DNA of 64,000 nucleotides from contig CM059447.1 of NCBI GenBank assembly GCA_030390025.1, forward strand, positions 20,088,001 through 20,152,000, written 5' to 3'. This DNA is from Squalus acanthias (lineage: Eukaryota). How positions within the stretch are numbered: the first letter of the stretch is position 1; every line of letters starts with the position of its first letter. Shown one piece after another: positions 25,021 to 39,379 of the stretch. The notes beneath the pieces are model-generated. The model searched no databases, was not told the DNA's origin, and saw nothing but the letters and a program-made list of their open reading frames with translations. The position numbers were made by a program, and so were the translations under genes.

Positions 25021-27748
25021 TAAGGTTTTTTCCTACTGACTGTAAGAAATAAATTATCATTGTGCCAAAGTATTCTTCCATAACATGGTTACGATGGACG
25101 TATGTATGCATTACAAATAACAATTTTTATTTTTCAGGAAAATAAACAAAAACACAGGTAATAAAAACAAATGTGATATTTTGTCATGAGTATCGAGAAT
25201 TGCAGCCCTTTTCTATATTACAGGCAAGATCATTGGTTTTCCATTTTCACGGAAAAATCGATAGAATCACACAATATGATCCCTAAAACTGGTAGGAATT
25301 CTCAAATCCCATGTAATAAAAATGGAACTTGACTCATTCAATTACTGTAAACCAGCGGCCCTGATTATAAAGTTAAAGGGCTAGTTCTTACTGCAGCCAA
25401 GAAATTAATTAACTTCATTGTGCCAAAGCACGGTTCCTTATTATGGGAATGTTGAACATATATGCATTATAAATGGAAGGGGCTAGTTCTTACTGACACT
25501 GATGCCTGAATTTCAAACTGCCAATTCACCCTGCCTTAATTCATACTGCTCTTATTGTTAAAGGCAAAGTGGCACATAATCGAAGGGCAAGGACTACAAC
25601 AGATTGTGGACCTCCGAGGAGAAACCACTAACTGTATATGAGAACAGACTTGTTCAGTAAATTGGAAGGGATGCTTTTAAACCCATTGGGCCTGATAAGG
25701 TTGGAAAGAGGAAGTACCACGCACTATATTAATCATATATTCTACAGTTTGCTCCAAATCTTATAGCAACGTGTTCAGATACACTAATTGTGCACAAGAG
25801 TTTAATAGTTCATGTGACAACGCAATACTTGTGGACTTTTATGTTATCCCTCTGATCCTTTCACATAGCAAAGAAAGAATCAGCACAGCAACAGTGGTCA
25901 CCATGGTCACTTGTGTTAAGTACCAGCACTGGTGCAAACACCTCGTACCCTAAGCCCTAGAATGGGGCTTAAACTCGCAACCTTCTCACTTGGAAGCAAG
26001 AGTGCCACCACTGAGCTAAGCTGACAGAGGCTCAGTGTCCTACATACCCCTCCTCATTTTGATTGGGATACAGATTTTTCAACACCGGATGCTAGAACAC
26101 TCACTTGCCGCCATACAATCCACACGACTTGCAGTGGAAGGTGGTGTGGATAGAATGCTCCCGTAGTCATGTCCAGCTTCAATGTCATGAGAGAGCACGA
26201 GACAGCCATGATATAGGGATTAAAAGGACCCATATCTGCTCAGAAAGATTATGGAGCCTCATGGGGACATGGCCTCCACCAATAGAATGCACGGAGAGAG
26301 CTGGAGCAGCTGAATGGGGCTCGTGTCAGCAGCAGTCCTGTGCCATCATGCACATATGACTGAGCCCCCAGCATTTCAAGCAAACCCCCAGCATTTCAAG
26401 CAAATGGCACTTCTGGCATGAATGCAGGTACATTAGATGGATTCACAAATACTGGTATGGGTTTGCATCCCGTGCAGCTGGCCAGTTAGCCGAGGTTGCC
26501 ACCTATCATGTCTATTCCATCAACTAAAGGTGCACTTGGGAGTAGAGAACCTGGAGATAAGCTCACACTTTAAAAGTGGTCAAAACACCAAACAATTAAA
26601 GCATGTGAATAAACACTACATGCCCTGAAAGATAATATAAAATTATACTAATTTTAATATATTTTGAAGTCAATCTTTTATTTTACAGTATGGAATGTGT
26701 CAATTGTCCCAAGGCAAATCAAACTGAACATATGCAGTTATCTGCAAATATATTTAGTTTGTTTGGCAAGTGGATTGCCTCTTCTGCCCTGTATGACCCA
26801 AACCTCCCTCTCCTCTTGCTCCCACTGCACTATGTGATAGAGGATAATTGCAACCATTCTGTGAGGATAAAAGATTCTCTGTGTTGTTCACTTCTGTCAG
26901 TGCCATGCTGATACTTCCAACTGCCTTGCCCTCAGCAACTTTGTCACCATTTACAAACTCGGCGCTTTGCAGATATGCTTTAATGTTCTTGATTGATACA
27001 GGTGATTTAAAATATAGCTACATGTTTAAATTTCCCATGTGAGTCACAAGCATTAAAACCCTTTCTGCAAATCACAGGGCCTGTGAGTGAATTGGGAGTG
27101 TTGGTGGCACTGCCCTTTGTTTCAACAGCGGGCACTTCAGCAGTGAGAAGCGGCTGACAATTAAAGGTTCTAAATCGGACAGGCCTTTAATGTGTGGGTT
27201 AGAGATCCATGGTTTCTCGAAGGGTTGGCTTCTGCTCAGCACCGTTCTGCTGGAGCTGCACCGAAGGCTGAGCTAGGTGTATTTTCACGATGGGGAACAA
27301 TCAGATGGCATGCTCATATTTCCTTTATGTAGAATTTTCCTCAGAGAGCGATACTCCATTCTGAATGGGAGCTTGGGACTCACGTCACCTCCTTTACCAG
27401 CTGTGTGCAGTTCTGCGTGATTTTCTTACGATGGGCCTCTAACAAGTTCTTGACGATCTTTTTTTGTACTGATTTACTTCTGCTCATCTCAGAGTGTGGA
27501 AAGCCTGAGAGTAGCAGTAATAACAAACTAGTTTGTTGCTGCTTCCTGCTAGTCTTGCTCTCCCATTTCACTGGTGACTACTTTTTCATTCAAATGAACT
27601 CCAGTTGAAATTTACCTCCGTATAATTAGTGAGAAAGACCGAGCGAGTAAATGTGCACAAGTTTTCTGTCGAGTTTCTGTACCACTGAGTTTTCCTCCTA
27701 GAAAATGTAATATTTATTCTTTCCATTTCTGATTTAAAAAAAAATACT

Positions 27749-28064
27749 GGCAACATGGTGGCATAGTGGTTAGCACTGTTGCCTCACAGTGCCAGGGACC
27801 CGGGTTCGAATCCGGCCTCGGGTGACTGTCTGTGTGGAGTTTGCACATTCTCCCCGTGTCTGCGTGGGTTTCCTCCGGGTGCTCCGGTTTCCTCCCACAG
27901 TCCAAAGTCCAAAGATGTGCGGGTTAGGTTGATTTGGCTATGATAAATTGACCCTTAGTGTTAGGGGGATTAAATAAGTGGGGTTACGGGGATAGGGTGG
28001 GATATGTGTCGGTGCAGGCTCGATGGGCCGAAATGGCCTCTATCTACACTGTGGAGATTCTGTG
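27749..28064 (+). mobile_element. HE1-like V-SINE (tRNA head, V domain, CR1-derived tail)
   Basis: A-box tggcatagtgg, B-box ggttcgaatcc, V-domain gtgtggagtttgcacattctccccgtgtctgcgtgggtttcctccgggtgctccggtttcctcccac, tail gatgggccgaaatggcctc; internal 7-bp duplication gtccaaa. Confidence 0.93.
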
Positions 28065-29675
28065 AAATTCCTTGGAAATTGAGAAACACAAACGAACACT
28101 GAGCATGAAAATAAAACACACCAATAACTTAGACAGCCCTAAATTTAGACTGGCCCAATGTCATGATACTGCGATGTACTACAGTATCTTCAGATTGGTA
28201 ATACAGGTACTGCTGGGAGCTGGTGTAATAACAATTCATCCAGTCCACATACCTGAGCAAATTTTAACAAAAAATGTGTTCAACAGTTTGTATCACCACA
28301 CAGATAGTAGAAAAATGATCAAATCCCTATTTTTGCACCTTACAAATTAGTGATATAATTATCCTGATTCATGCATCTGGTGGGCTACAATTTGTTCATT
28401 CTACAGTCAAAATGAGGGTTGTATTGTATTTTGAAACTGCAGTCAGATAGATGGAGTACAATACATCAACCTTTTTGTTAAAAAAGCAATTAAGGACAAA
28501 TAATAAATCAAAATATAAAACAAATTTAGTAAAGGCCAAGTGATACAGCTGAAATGTTTGCATAATTATGAATAAGAGACAGATACATTAAAATGACATT
28601 TTACCCTTTCCAGTAAGACCTGAAAGGACTCACTGATACAGTGCTTTTTGCGTCTCTGAATCTGTAATGTATGCTTACAACTGGCACTGATAACACTAGA
28701 GAAATGAAATTTGGCAAAGTGATAGAATATCACTAAAATTAATGTGATGTTACCTTCCAGGCTGCTCTGGGGCAGCCTGCACTTTATGCAGCAGCTGACA
28801 GTTGTGCCTGGGTTTGAACCATCTGAGATACAAAGTGCCCCTCATTGCTGAAACACACTACCTATCAACAAGTCGAGACCTGTCCAAGTGGAGGCCTGAG
28901 AGACACTCTGGCAAATGATCCATTTGGCATCTCAGACATGGGCCCGTGCTATCTAGGGGAGAACCTACAAAAAGGGATAGAAAACGAGGAACACTGGGGC
29001 AAAATGTAAATAAACTGAGACAAATATATATCAGGTTATTACACCACAAACGTTCAAAATGAAGTTTAAAAATTCTACCCTTCAAATTAATAACTTGTTG
29101 CCCTGTTGGTAGAGCAGAAGAATATATATTTTGTGTCCATATTATTTGAGCATCATAAAGACCCATCTATTGTCTCTGGCCAGTCCTGCTGGTTTTAAAT
29201 TACTGAACCATATATTGCTTGCTTTACTGTAATTTTTCTACAAAAATTAATGATGTCCTGGTCACTGTTTGCTCAGTAGTTGACTGTACCATCCATAACA
29301 AGGTGATTAATCTTATGGACAGAGATGTGAAAAAGACATGTTATGGATATGGATACAATAGAACCCCAGGGTTAATGTAACACCATTAATCTCATTGTAC
29401 AAACCTGTTTCAACCTCAATACTAATGTGCAGTAAATACAGAAATCTGTGAAAGGAATCCATTTAACCAAGACTATGAAGCAATTGTCTCACTCAACTTT
29501 GGGAAAATTCTATCGGTTATCTTTATTTGGTACAAATTCTACTTCTAAAGTGTTCACAAATCTCCTTTTAAGGAAACTAGTTACAATATTGGAATTTTGG
29601 ACAAATAAAGCGCACTTCTCTTTATTTGCATTAAAAAAAATTCTTATTCTGAATGTTTCACTCATAACGTATCTG

Positions 29676-30050
29676 TTTTCAAATCACTCCATGGCCTCGC
29701 CCCTCCCTATCTCTGTAACCTCCTCCAGCCCTACAACCTTCCGAGATCTCTGCGCTCCTCCAATTCTGGCCTCTTGTGCATTCCAGATTTTGATTGTTCT
29801 GCCATTGGCAGCCGTGCCTTCAGTTGCCTGGGCCCTAAGCTCTGGAATTCCCTCCTTACATCTCTCCACCTCTCCATCCGCCTTTAAAACGCTCCTTAAA
29901 ACCTACTTCTTTGACCAGGTTTTTGGTCACCTGTCCTAATATCTCATGTGGCTCGGTGCCAAATTTTGTTTGAGAACGCTCCTGTGTTGTGCTTTGGGAT
30001 GTTTTACTATGTTAAAGGCACTATATAAATGCAAATAGCTGTTGTTGTTG
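29676..30050 (+). mobile_element. L2 LINE 3' fragment
   Basis: ctccatggcctcgcccctccctatctctgtaacc..aaaacctacttctttgacca..gttgttgttg tail. Confidence 0.92.
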
Positions 30051-30139
30051 ACAGTTGCACTCAAGTTACTTCACATATTACCCGACACTTCCTAACATGC
30101 TAGTTGCCCTTTCTTTGGACTCAAAATTAGCTTAATGAG

Positions 30140-30660
30140 AAATCAGGCCTAAAAATTGGTTCATGCTGGCCTGTCGGTGCAAATTGGACGCAGGGAACGA
30201 TCCGACACTGGGCCTCACTTACATGAAGCCAGCAAGCTGTAGACGCTTGCTGGGTGTCCCCAGGCAGCTGGCCGGCAACGAGGATTTCAACTTCGGGCCG
30301 CTGTGTCACTGGCAGCGTCTCTCAAGTATGTCCTGGAAGAGGCTGGAAGCAATTTTGAAGGAGGCTGGCAATAGTCTTCAGCACTGCAATGGAGCCAGGA
30401 GGAGCACTTCTACCAGCTCCACATTCATGTATGTATATATTTTTTTTAAACTTACTTTTTTGGTGGCGGCCCTTTAAGGACCTCTGGTCAGGCCGCATGT
30501 AGACCATATTTTTCTGAACCCAGCCAGCCGGGGCCCTGCTGTGTTCAGAACAGCCCAATTTTGCATGGGGGTCCTCAAAGAGATTTTAGGCCCCTATTTC
30601 CAAATGCAAAGGACTTAACTCCTGTTTTAGGCACGGACCCTGGACGCCTCTTTTTCTGCC
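30140..30660. mobile_element. decayed GC-rich non-autonomous DNA element (Harbinger-MITE-like)
   Basis: ggcctaaaa near 30145 / ttttaggcc near 30585; internal ggagcacttctaccagctcc motif similar to the Harbinger subterminal region near 5560-5590. Confidence 0.4.
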
Positions 30661-31069
30661 TTTGTGATTTTGCCAGCAGATTGTAACTTTGAATGAAAAA
30701 GAGCGCATTTCCATTTTACTTTTACAGAAGAAAATATGACGCAGCAAAATTTTAAAAATGGACTGATCTAAGTTGAACCAGATAATAATATCTTCCTTTA
30801 CATACTTTCATTTCCCCATGATCTGATCTCTTGTGCCGCATCTGGTGCTCTGTGCCTCCTATTATTCAACTACATTACAACACAATCCCTATTAAAAATT
30901 CCAGCTGACAATATCCAAAATCAGCAACTACTAGAAGTAGCTGATGATATTTCACAAAAATAATTTTTGTCTGGAAGTTGTTTCAAGTGAGATTAGGTAG
31001 GTGTTACCAATTGTTCTTCTTTAACTTCTCCTTACACTATACTGATAGACAGAACGCACATGCATCGTA

Positions 31070-31430
31070 GGACATTGCAAAGCACTTTGCAACCAATTAA
31101 TATTTGTGAAATCCGGTCACTGTTAGATAGCCAACTGCGGGAGCTAATTTGCACAAAGCAACATTCCACAGACAACAATGAGATGTTTTTGATAGTGTGG
31201 GTTAAAGGTTGAATGTTGACCAGAACACCAGGAGAACTCTCTGTTCCTCTTCAAATAGTGCTCTGTGATCTTTTATATCCACCCGAAGAGGCAGGTGGGG
31301 CTCTAGTTTAAAGTCTCACCTGAAGAACAGCACTCCCTCCGTACTGCACTGGAGCATCAGTATAGATTGGGGCTTAAACCCACATTTTCTAACTCCGAGG
31401 TGACAGTGATACCAACTGAGCCAAGGTGCC
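31070..31430 (-). mobile_element. old SacSINE1-like SINE
   Basis: Collinear with 51538-52003 (cttcaaatagtg..gatcttttatatccacc..cagcactccctc..aacccaca). Confidence 0.8.
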
Positions 31431-31584
31431 ACTAATGTTATCTGATATTATTAGATGATCTGCCCAATAACCCACAAAACAGTGAACGAAAATAACTGGT
31501 TTTGTATTTCTCAATCAATATTTTGGTCACCTCTTCAGCAAAAATCGAATCGTTTATGCAAAGATGGAGTGTTTGTTGAGGTAA

Positions 31585-32212
31585 TCCGCTCATCCGCTGC
31601 TGAAGGCCTCATCCATGCCTTTGTTACCTCTAGACTTGACTATTCCACCGCACTCCTGGCTGGCCTCCCACATTCCACCCTACGTAAACTTGAGGCCATC
31701 CAAAACTCAGCTGCCCATGTCCTAACTCTCACCAAGTCTCGTTCGCCCATCTCCCCTGTGCTCGCTGACCGACATTGGCTCCCGGTTAAGCAGCACCTTG
31801 ATTTCAAAATTCTCATCCTTGTTTTCAAATCCCTCCATGGCCTCGTCCCTCCCTATCTCTGTAATCTCCTTCAGCCCCACAACCCCCCCGAGATATCTGC
31901 GCTCCTCTAATTCTGCCCTCTTGAGCATCCCTGATTATAATCGCTCAACCTTTGGTGGCCGTGCCTTATGTTGCATAGGCTCTAAGCTCTGGAATTCCCT
32001 GCCTAAACCTCTCCGCCTCACTACCTCTCTTTCCTCCTTTAAGACGCTCCTTAAAACCTACCTCTTTGACCAAGCTTTTGGTCACCTGCCCTAATTTATC
32101 CTTATGTGGCTTGGTGTCAATTTTTTTTTGTCTTACTATACTCCTGTGCAGCGCCTTGGGATGTTTTACCATGTTAAAGGCGCTATATAAATACAAGTTG
32201 TTGTTGTTGTTG
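31585..32212 (+). mobile_element. L2 LINE 3' fragment (young)
   Basis: LIHAFVTSRLDYS.ALLAGLP..HWLPVKQ / KLWNSLP..FKTLLKTYLF; (TTG)n tail. Confidence 0.95.
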
Positions 32213-33491
32213 TAATAGGGAAACTTAGCAGGGTGTACTATATACAATATTTGTACCTGTGAGATTGTTACCAATTTAGGGTTATGCAGGGTCAACGTCT
32301 CCAAGTTACATTGTCACCTTCTGAATTCCAATTAATAAACTCCACTGGACTTCCGAGAAACTTATTAAGTTTTACTTCACACTGTATGTATTTATACTGC
32401 AGCCAGTGTGAATCCCATGCACTGCTCCCCGAGCTAATCTTACACCATTTACTTAAATTTGATTTAGGTGACCATACCTGAATGACACCACGGGTTCCAT
32501 TGATGCAAAACAGAAGCCATTAAATGTCGACGTAAACTGTGTCGGATAACTGGCCTATAAATGTTACAGTTTGAACATGCTTTCTTGAATCAAGGAGCGT
32601 ACAAATTGACAACTTCACTCCTCTGCTCAGTAAAATAACACACGGCTCCCTGTGGTCCCTTTTCTCGAACCTGACCTGAAACTGCCTCTCGATACTAGAA
32701 GATACATGATTGCTAATTGGTTGATTGATTAATAATTTGGAAATGCAATTTAGACAAATAATATGTTCTCAGAGGAGAGTGAGATAATTCTAAAACAGAA
32801 TAATTGTTTGCCTTTGACTTTTTTTTCCCAAACTAGGCCATTTACTAAGCAAATGATGGACTGAAGAGTGACATATTGGTTGAAAGAATACCCGCAACAG
32901 GTAATTAGTGACTGTGTGTCATCTATTGGTCCCGTGTGGCCACTCTGTATTTATAAACTAACTCAGTCAGACCCCGGCAGTAGGTTTTTTTATATAAAAA
33001 AAATAGATAAACAGACAACCACCTTACAAAATTCATAACTTTATTGATGTTAGTTGTAAAATAAAAACTCTAGCTGCCTGTCACTGTCTTTATTGTGGCT
33101 TTATCTGCTGGCAGGTCTTGATGTACACTCACTGTTGGTGTCTACTCTCTTGCTTGTAAATCAGGAACACAATTGGCAGCTATTAACTGGATAACCCCCA
33201 ATAAATACACTCCCAAATCTCAAGCATAATGTAATAGTGTTGCACTTATTAAACAGACATCACAGAGCCTGTGACATGATACTGGGCACAGCCATGAGGA
33301 GGCAGCAACTTAAATAAGGTTGGCATATTTGTCCTACTCCTGCTGAAAGTCATTCTTAAAGGGAAGGTGCACTTTTGTCACATAATACAAAATGCTATTA
33401 AGTGGTGCTATCTTCATTCTTATCCCTACATCTCAGTTGCCCTTGTTATCATGTTTGATGCAAAGGAGCAAACATTTTATATAGAACTCCC

Positions 33492-33978
33492 TTGTCCTAA
33501 CTCGCACCAAGTCCCGTTCACCCATCACCCCTGTGCTCGCTGACCGACATTGGCAACGCATCAATTAAAAAAATCTCATCCTTGTTTTCAAATCCATCCA
33601 TGGCCTCGCCCCTCCCTATCTCTGTAAACTCCCCCCCCCCCCCCCCCCTCCCCCCCCCCGAGTTGTCTGAGCTCCTCTAATTCTGGCCTCTTGAACATCC
33701 CTGATTTTAATCCCTCAACCATTGATGGCTGTGCCTTCAGTTGCCTCGGCCCTAAGCTCTGAAACTCCCTCCCTAAACCTCTCCGCCTCGCTACCTCTCT
33801 CTCCTCCTTTAAGACGCTCCTTAAAACCTACCTCTTTGACCAAGCTTTTGGTCACCTGCCCTAATTTCTCCTTATGTGGCTCGGTGTCAAATTTTGTTTG
33901 ATATCACTCCTGTGAAGCGCCTTGGGACGTTTTACTACGTTAAAGGTGCTACATAAATACAAGTTGTTGTTGTTGTTG
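33492..33978 (+). mobile_element. L2 LINE 3' fragment with internal poly-C tract
   Basis: Closely similar to 31720-32212; (TTG)n tail; C-run about 33631-33659. Confidence 0.95.
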
Positions 33979-36539
33979 ACATATTGAACGGTGAGTGACT
34001 ACCCATTGGTGTGAGTTGGGGTAGGAAGACACTCCAAAATAAGTGCAGAGATTCCTGAATTAGGCATGCGCAATGCTAAATATATTGATATGACAGAATA
34101 AAGTAGAACAAATTCAGATTGTTTAAGGCCTTTCACGTAGGATTTATGCTTTTAGTAGACCTTGCATAGGATGTTTATTGAACTCGGCAACCACCGCATA
34201 TTAAGTCCAAGAAAGATTACAAAAATAATTCTGCAACTTGTGGTCTGTCACAGGGAAACATTTAATAATGACACTTTAAGTATGACTTTAATTATTTAAA
34301 AAGTAGGGTGTTCACAGGCAAGGGAATTAAATAGTGGAGCAAAAATGCTCATTTTATACAAACTGACTACAACATGAGGTCAGTGCCTCACTTGAATCAG
34401 ATATAAAACCTTTAAGCAGTATGCCGTGTGGAAGTGGTTGGATTCATTGTCACCACATTTGGAACAATAGAGAGACTAACCAAATCAGTGAGCTCAGGAG
34501 GAAAATAAAAAATAAACCGGAGTTAATAACAACATGAAAAAAGAATTGAGGTAAATCAGTGATATTACATTTGGCAGCATATCACTATCGCAGCACTTTC
34601 ACAGAAATAGCTAGTGGGAAAAAAAGAGTAAATGTATCTGGAGAGTTCAACTGCAATCAGCGATTTATTCAATTTTCACCCACGTAATTAAGGTGAAGGT
34701 CTTTCTCTGGTTTATTACTTGAATACCTTAAATCTTAATTTCTCTTGTGTCCGAGGACTAGGTTTGGGAAATTGTACTGCTGAGCAAGGTGAAACATATT
34801 AATTTCTCTCTCTCTTTAAACGTTTGTGCAATAAAATGCAACAGGACTTCTCGTTTTCCAAGGAAAATTCAGGATTTCATTTTTATTACATTACCATTAA
34901 AAGATAATAAGAACACAAGAAAGTCTGTTGCGAGGAAAGCCCATTTGTCCTGTTAAGCCTGCTCCATCCATTGTTCTTTTATGATTATTGTATCCTGGAA
35001 TTCCCCCTTCCCATATCAGTCCAGGTTTTAAAAGTCAGATTACATAGAATCAGCAGCCGTATATCATTCTACGCACTCATATTGCCAATTGCTTCCTCTC
35101 ATACTCAAAGGCGAAGTGTGTTGTTGCGCTCTCTCCAGTCAGTTGCACTATTTATTGAATGTTTAGCAAGGAGGAATCCTACTTTCAGCTGATTTCTGCT
35201 ATCTCCAGATGAAAGAATATCATGCTCACGCGAAGAAAGAGATCAGATGAAAATACTGAGAAGCCAAGTTTGGCTTATTCCCACATGAGCAATAGTGCCT
35301 GAATTGGGGCTCAGGGTTCAAACGCCACACTGGATTCAGTGGAGCGGCTCCATTTAGAATGCCGGGCAACGACTGTAGGAATATTAAATGATCGGCGCAC
35401 GCTCTCACTGCTGCTCTCTCCAGTCCACTGGTTCCCTTTATCCTGCTACTATCCTGTCCCATAAAGGAACAAAAATAAAAACAAATTAAAATCCAAAAGT
35501 GACTGTGTATGTAACACTCATTTCGTTCAGGTGCACAATTTTGTTTCTTTTAAAAAATATATATATTTCTATGCTATTTTTATTTTACCAAAGGTCAAGG
35601 CCCAAACATGACTGGTGGTAAGTTGATTATTGGAGAGTTTTATGATTTTTCAAGTCTTACTGAAGTGTTCCATTATGACTGAGCACAAAGACTTGTTAAA
35701 ACACCTCCATCATGACATTTCTGTGTTCTCTGTTTGACCATTTTTGAAAGGCACCAGGCACATGATGACAAGTCATTTATGGCATTCATTTAACAAGTGC
35801 TTAGTGAGGTGGCATATGGATGGATAAAATCCCGGCTTCTGTAGTGGAGAGAGATTTAGAAAAGGGCTATCCACTTGTTGGAATTTACTTCAGGAGACTT
35901 ATTCTTTTTTTAAGTAATGATAAGTAAATCTGAAGACTACACAGAGAAGGTGACCTTTCCAGTAGAAGATAAAGAATTACAATAAACATAATGTTGACAG
36001 CAAAATATAGGGGAAAAAATTCTGTTTTGGAACAGCGTCATCTTTCACCTTCTCTATCGCGCTCCTACACACATACAGAGAGGGACATTCAGTGTTTACA
36101 GGTGCAATTCCTTACACTCGCTAAACTCAACTATATTCTCTAAGTGTACCACCAATTACTTCAGTTTAAGGAAGACTGTTTCATCTATAACATAAGAGTA
36201 TTTCTTTCTGAGTCTACACTTACTGGTCCAGCCACAGAGACCTTAGTGATTTCACTTCTAAAGGGTTCCCATATAATATAAATATAAAGCAGCATTTGTC
36301 TTGAAGTGACGTTTTGTACTGTACAGTACTTGTAGAAAGTTCATGGGAAAACATTTATATACTTAACAGTGGACTGAGCTCTGGCCATTAAAGGCTCCCA
36401 CCTGCAAATAATACTGTAGGAAAAGTACTTCAAAGAACAGAATGAAGGGTTACAAATGTTTTATAAAACTTTTTTTTATGTTCGTATTTTCCTTCCAATT
36501 TTCTTCTCTTCTGAAAATACTGGCTCAAGTTAAGTGCAC

Positions 36540-37305
36540 TTCCATGGACTCCAGAAACCTCTAGTAATTCATCTAAGATAGCATTCTTCATGTATAAGCC
36601 TGGACATAGTGTATATGTAGGTTAATTTATCATGGGGAGCACCTCTGACAAGTCCATGCCCGTTCTCACCTGATGCTCACACACGTGCACTTTCCAGCAG
36701 GCGTTACTGGATGGTGATCAGGACATAAGAACATAAGAAACAGGAGCAGGAGTAGGCCATTCGGCCCTTCGAGCCTGCTCCCCCATTCAACAAGATCATG
36801 GCTGATCTTCTACCTCAACTCCACCTTCCCTCACTATCCTCATATCCCTTAATTCCCTTTGTTCCCAAAAATTTATCGACCTCTGCCTTGAATATACTCA
36901 ACGACTGAGCATCCACAGCTCTCTGGGGTAGAAAATTCCAAAGATTCACAACACTTTGAGTGAAGAAATTTCTCCTCATCTCAGTCCTAAATGGCCGACC
37001 CCTTATTCTGAGACTGTGACCCCGTGTTCTAGATTCCCCAGCCAGGGGAAACATTTTCTCAGCATTAACCCTGTCAAGCCCCTTAAGAATGTTATATGTT
37101 TCAATCAGATCACCTCTCATTCTCTCAACTCTGGAGTGGGAACCCTGGCTGACAGCCCAGGATCACTGAGGTTAAGTATAGGGCTGTTACTGCAAACTCG
37201 ACTGAGCTCAGTTGACTCAGCACAGAATAAACGCATGGAACCTGTTGGATCACGAGAGCTCAGTTCGACACTGGACAGTGCATTTACCTGCTGGACCATC
37301 GGAGA
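36540..37305 (-). mobile_element. old SINE-like repeat interrupted by CR1
   Basis: cacgtgcactttccagcagg..gatcagga|..|gtgggaaccctggctga; similar segments at 46010-46270, 51370-52190 and 57720-57940. Confidence 0.6.
36723..37120 (-). mobile_element. CR1 LINE 3' fragment
   Basis: ORF 36815-37120 MRGDLIETY..RTRGHSLRIRGRPF; acataagaacataagaa tail. Confidence 0.95.
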
Positions 37306-39379
37306 AACAATCCAAATTCAACAGTCTGAGCGATTAAGTTAAAACATACTCAATCTCAAGGATTAGGAAGTAAACATCTTACTGATAGGAACACAGGCTA
37401 CCTTGACCCTAATGTTTTTGCCAGAGTGTCACATTGGGCTGTGCAAACATAGTATTCTCTAACCTATTGTCTAACCATAATACATACCATGACTCTTCTT
37501 GCATAAAACAACTTGTCTTCTAGACCACACAAACTAAGATGCTCATATTCCATTTAATTCTTACATTGCTGGATTACTAAACCCTTATACTTCCAGCCAC
37601 AAAGCTGCTACATTCTTGGGCTTTGCAACCATTCAGCTTCTAGTGCTCGAGTTGAATTGTCACTCAGCTGCCTTAAGTCGAATATCCGAGATGAAACTGA
37701 TTGTGATATGTCCACTTAAAACAGCTGGGTGCTAATTAGAATCAAGCCGCAAGATCACAGAAGCAGTGTACTAAACTCTTCACAAAACTGCTGAGCTCTC
37801 AGACTGCCCTTTCTTATTATCTAGTGAAGCAGAAGAAGGAATATAAAAAGGCTGCGGCATTTAATCCAGTGAATGCCTGTGCATGCACGTGACTGCCAGG
37901 CAGTTTCTGGTGCACTAGTGTAGGGGCAGTGGAGTGTGTAATGTCTAAGCTGTTCATAAACTTCATAATACAGTATCAAGGTGTATCTTAGGCCATACAT
38001 TATAAATGAGAAGTGAATTACTTTCTCCATTACTAATGGATGACTAGGGGATTGGCAGCTCGGTGCTGGGCTCTGCCAGCAGGGTTCTCACTGAATGATA
38101 GCCTCACTAACTCACCTTACAAATCGCTCCGCGTGACAGACACCGCACATTCAGCACTAGCTCACTTATTTCTTCCTTAAATTATTGGATTTTAAAAAGG
38201 CAACGACTGCCTAAGGTGAGGAATTCAACTTTCTGCTTCCTAGAATCAGACACTAAAATGAGGTTGGAATGCGTTTAAGAGCAGAACAGACATCTTTCAC
38301 ACTTCAGAGGACCTGTATTGTTTATTACATTTACATTTTAAAACATGATTACAAGTTAGCCACAATAACTGGAATTATAAAACTGATATTGTCACCTTGA
38401 AAACAATGCTTCTAATTCTTTGTCCCTTGATTGCAGAATCTCCATTCCACCTTGTAACTTACCCACCATAAATACCTATAAGGAAGTCTAAACTAATTGA
38501 CAGAAAAGACCAAACACCTCAGTCCTTAAATCCAAAAAGTTTAATTCAATCACAATTGCAGCCAAATTCTAATACTAAAAATGGGCCTAAATCAGATGTC
38601 AAGTTATACAGAAACCCTTATTTATGACAAAGCAACAGACTCCATTCAAATTGGGTCTAATGAACTAGTTTAGAAGGAGTGACGGAGTCAGCTTTATACT
38701 GTGGCAATACTGCATTTTGGAGGTCAGATCTGAGCTGAAATTGGCTGAAATATGACCTGTGAAATGCAGTATATCTCAGCAGGTTTATTCATGGTGAATC
38801 AGTGCCAGTGTAAGCGTGACCACCTCAGAGATTGATTTCAAACTGCTGCTGATTCAGATATGCATCAGTATAATTTGACTGTGAATTAGCGCACTACCAT
38901 GCAACACTGTATCTAGCCTATTCCACCCCTTTCCCATTGTTGCCACCATTTGGCTTTCAACAAATAAAAACAGACAAAAAGAAAAGCCGAGACCACCAGA
39001 AACAAGGATGTAGCCCTCCTCTACTGCAGTGCCTCCCAACAATCACCACCACTCTGGATTAGCAAGAGCAGCTGATGAGTGAATTGGCCACCAATCTAAG
39101 TGCACTAGAGTAAATTACTTCTAAAAGCTGTTCTTTCTCTGCCCAAACCAAATACAAGCATTTAAAAAATCATTTTAAGAGTGCTCAGACTCCTGTCCCC
39201 ACTGAACTGGAAGTGCAGCTAATACATATTAAGCAATTTTTATGCTAATCAAGCAGAGGCAGAGTTGTACCAGGGAAGAACATTTGCCTTTTTTCATGCA
39301 CTTAAGCCAGATATGTTATAACATGGGTTAGACGTAAGGTAAAATTTGTTCTACATGGTCTCAACGGAGTGCATTCCCC

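Noticed and set aside
26366-26404. 20-bp tandem duplication ccccagcatttcaagcaaa; a similar duplication gggatcggaggtatca occurs at 46304/46336
   Set aside because: Ordinary local slippage or repair duplications with no further structure
27749-27820. tRNA gene (A and B boxes)
   Set aside because: It is the tRNA-derived head of an HE1/V-SINE
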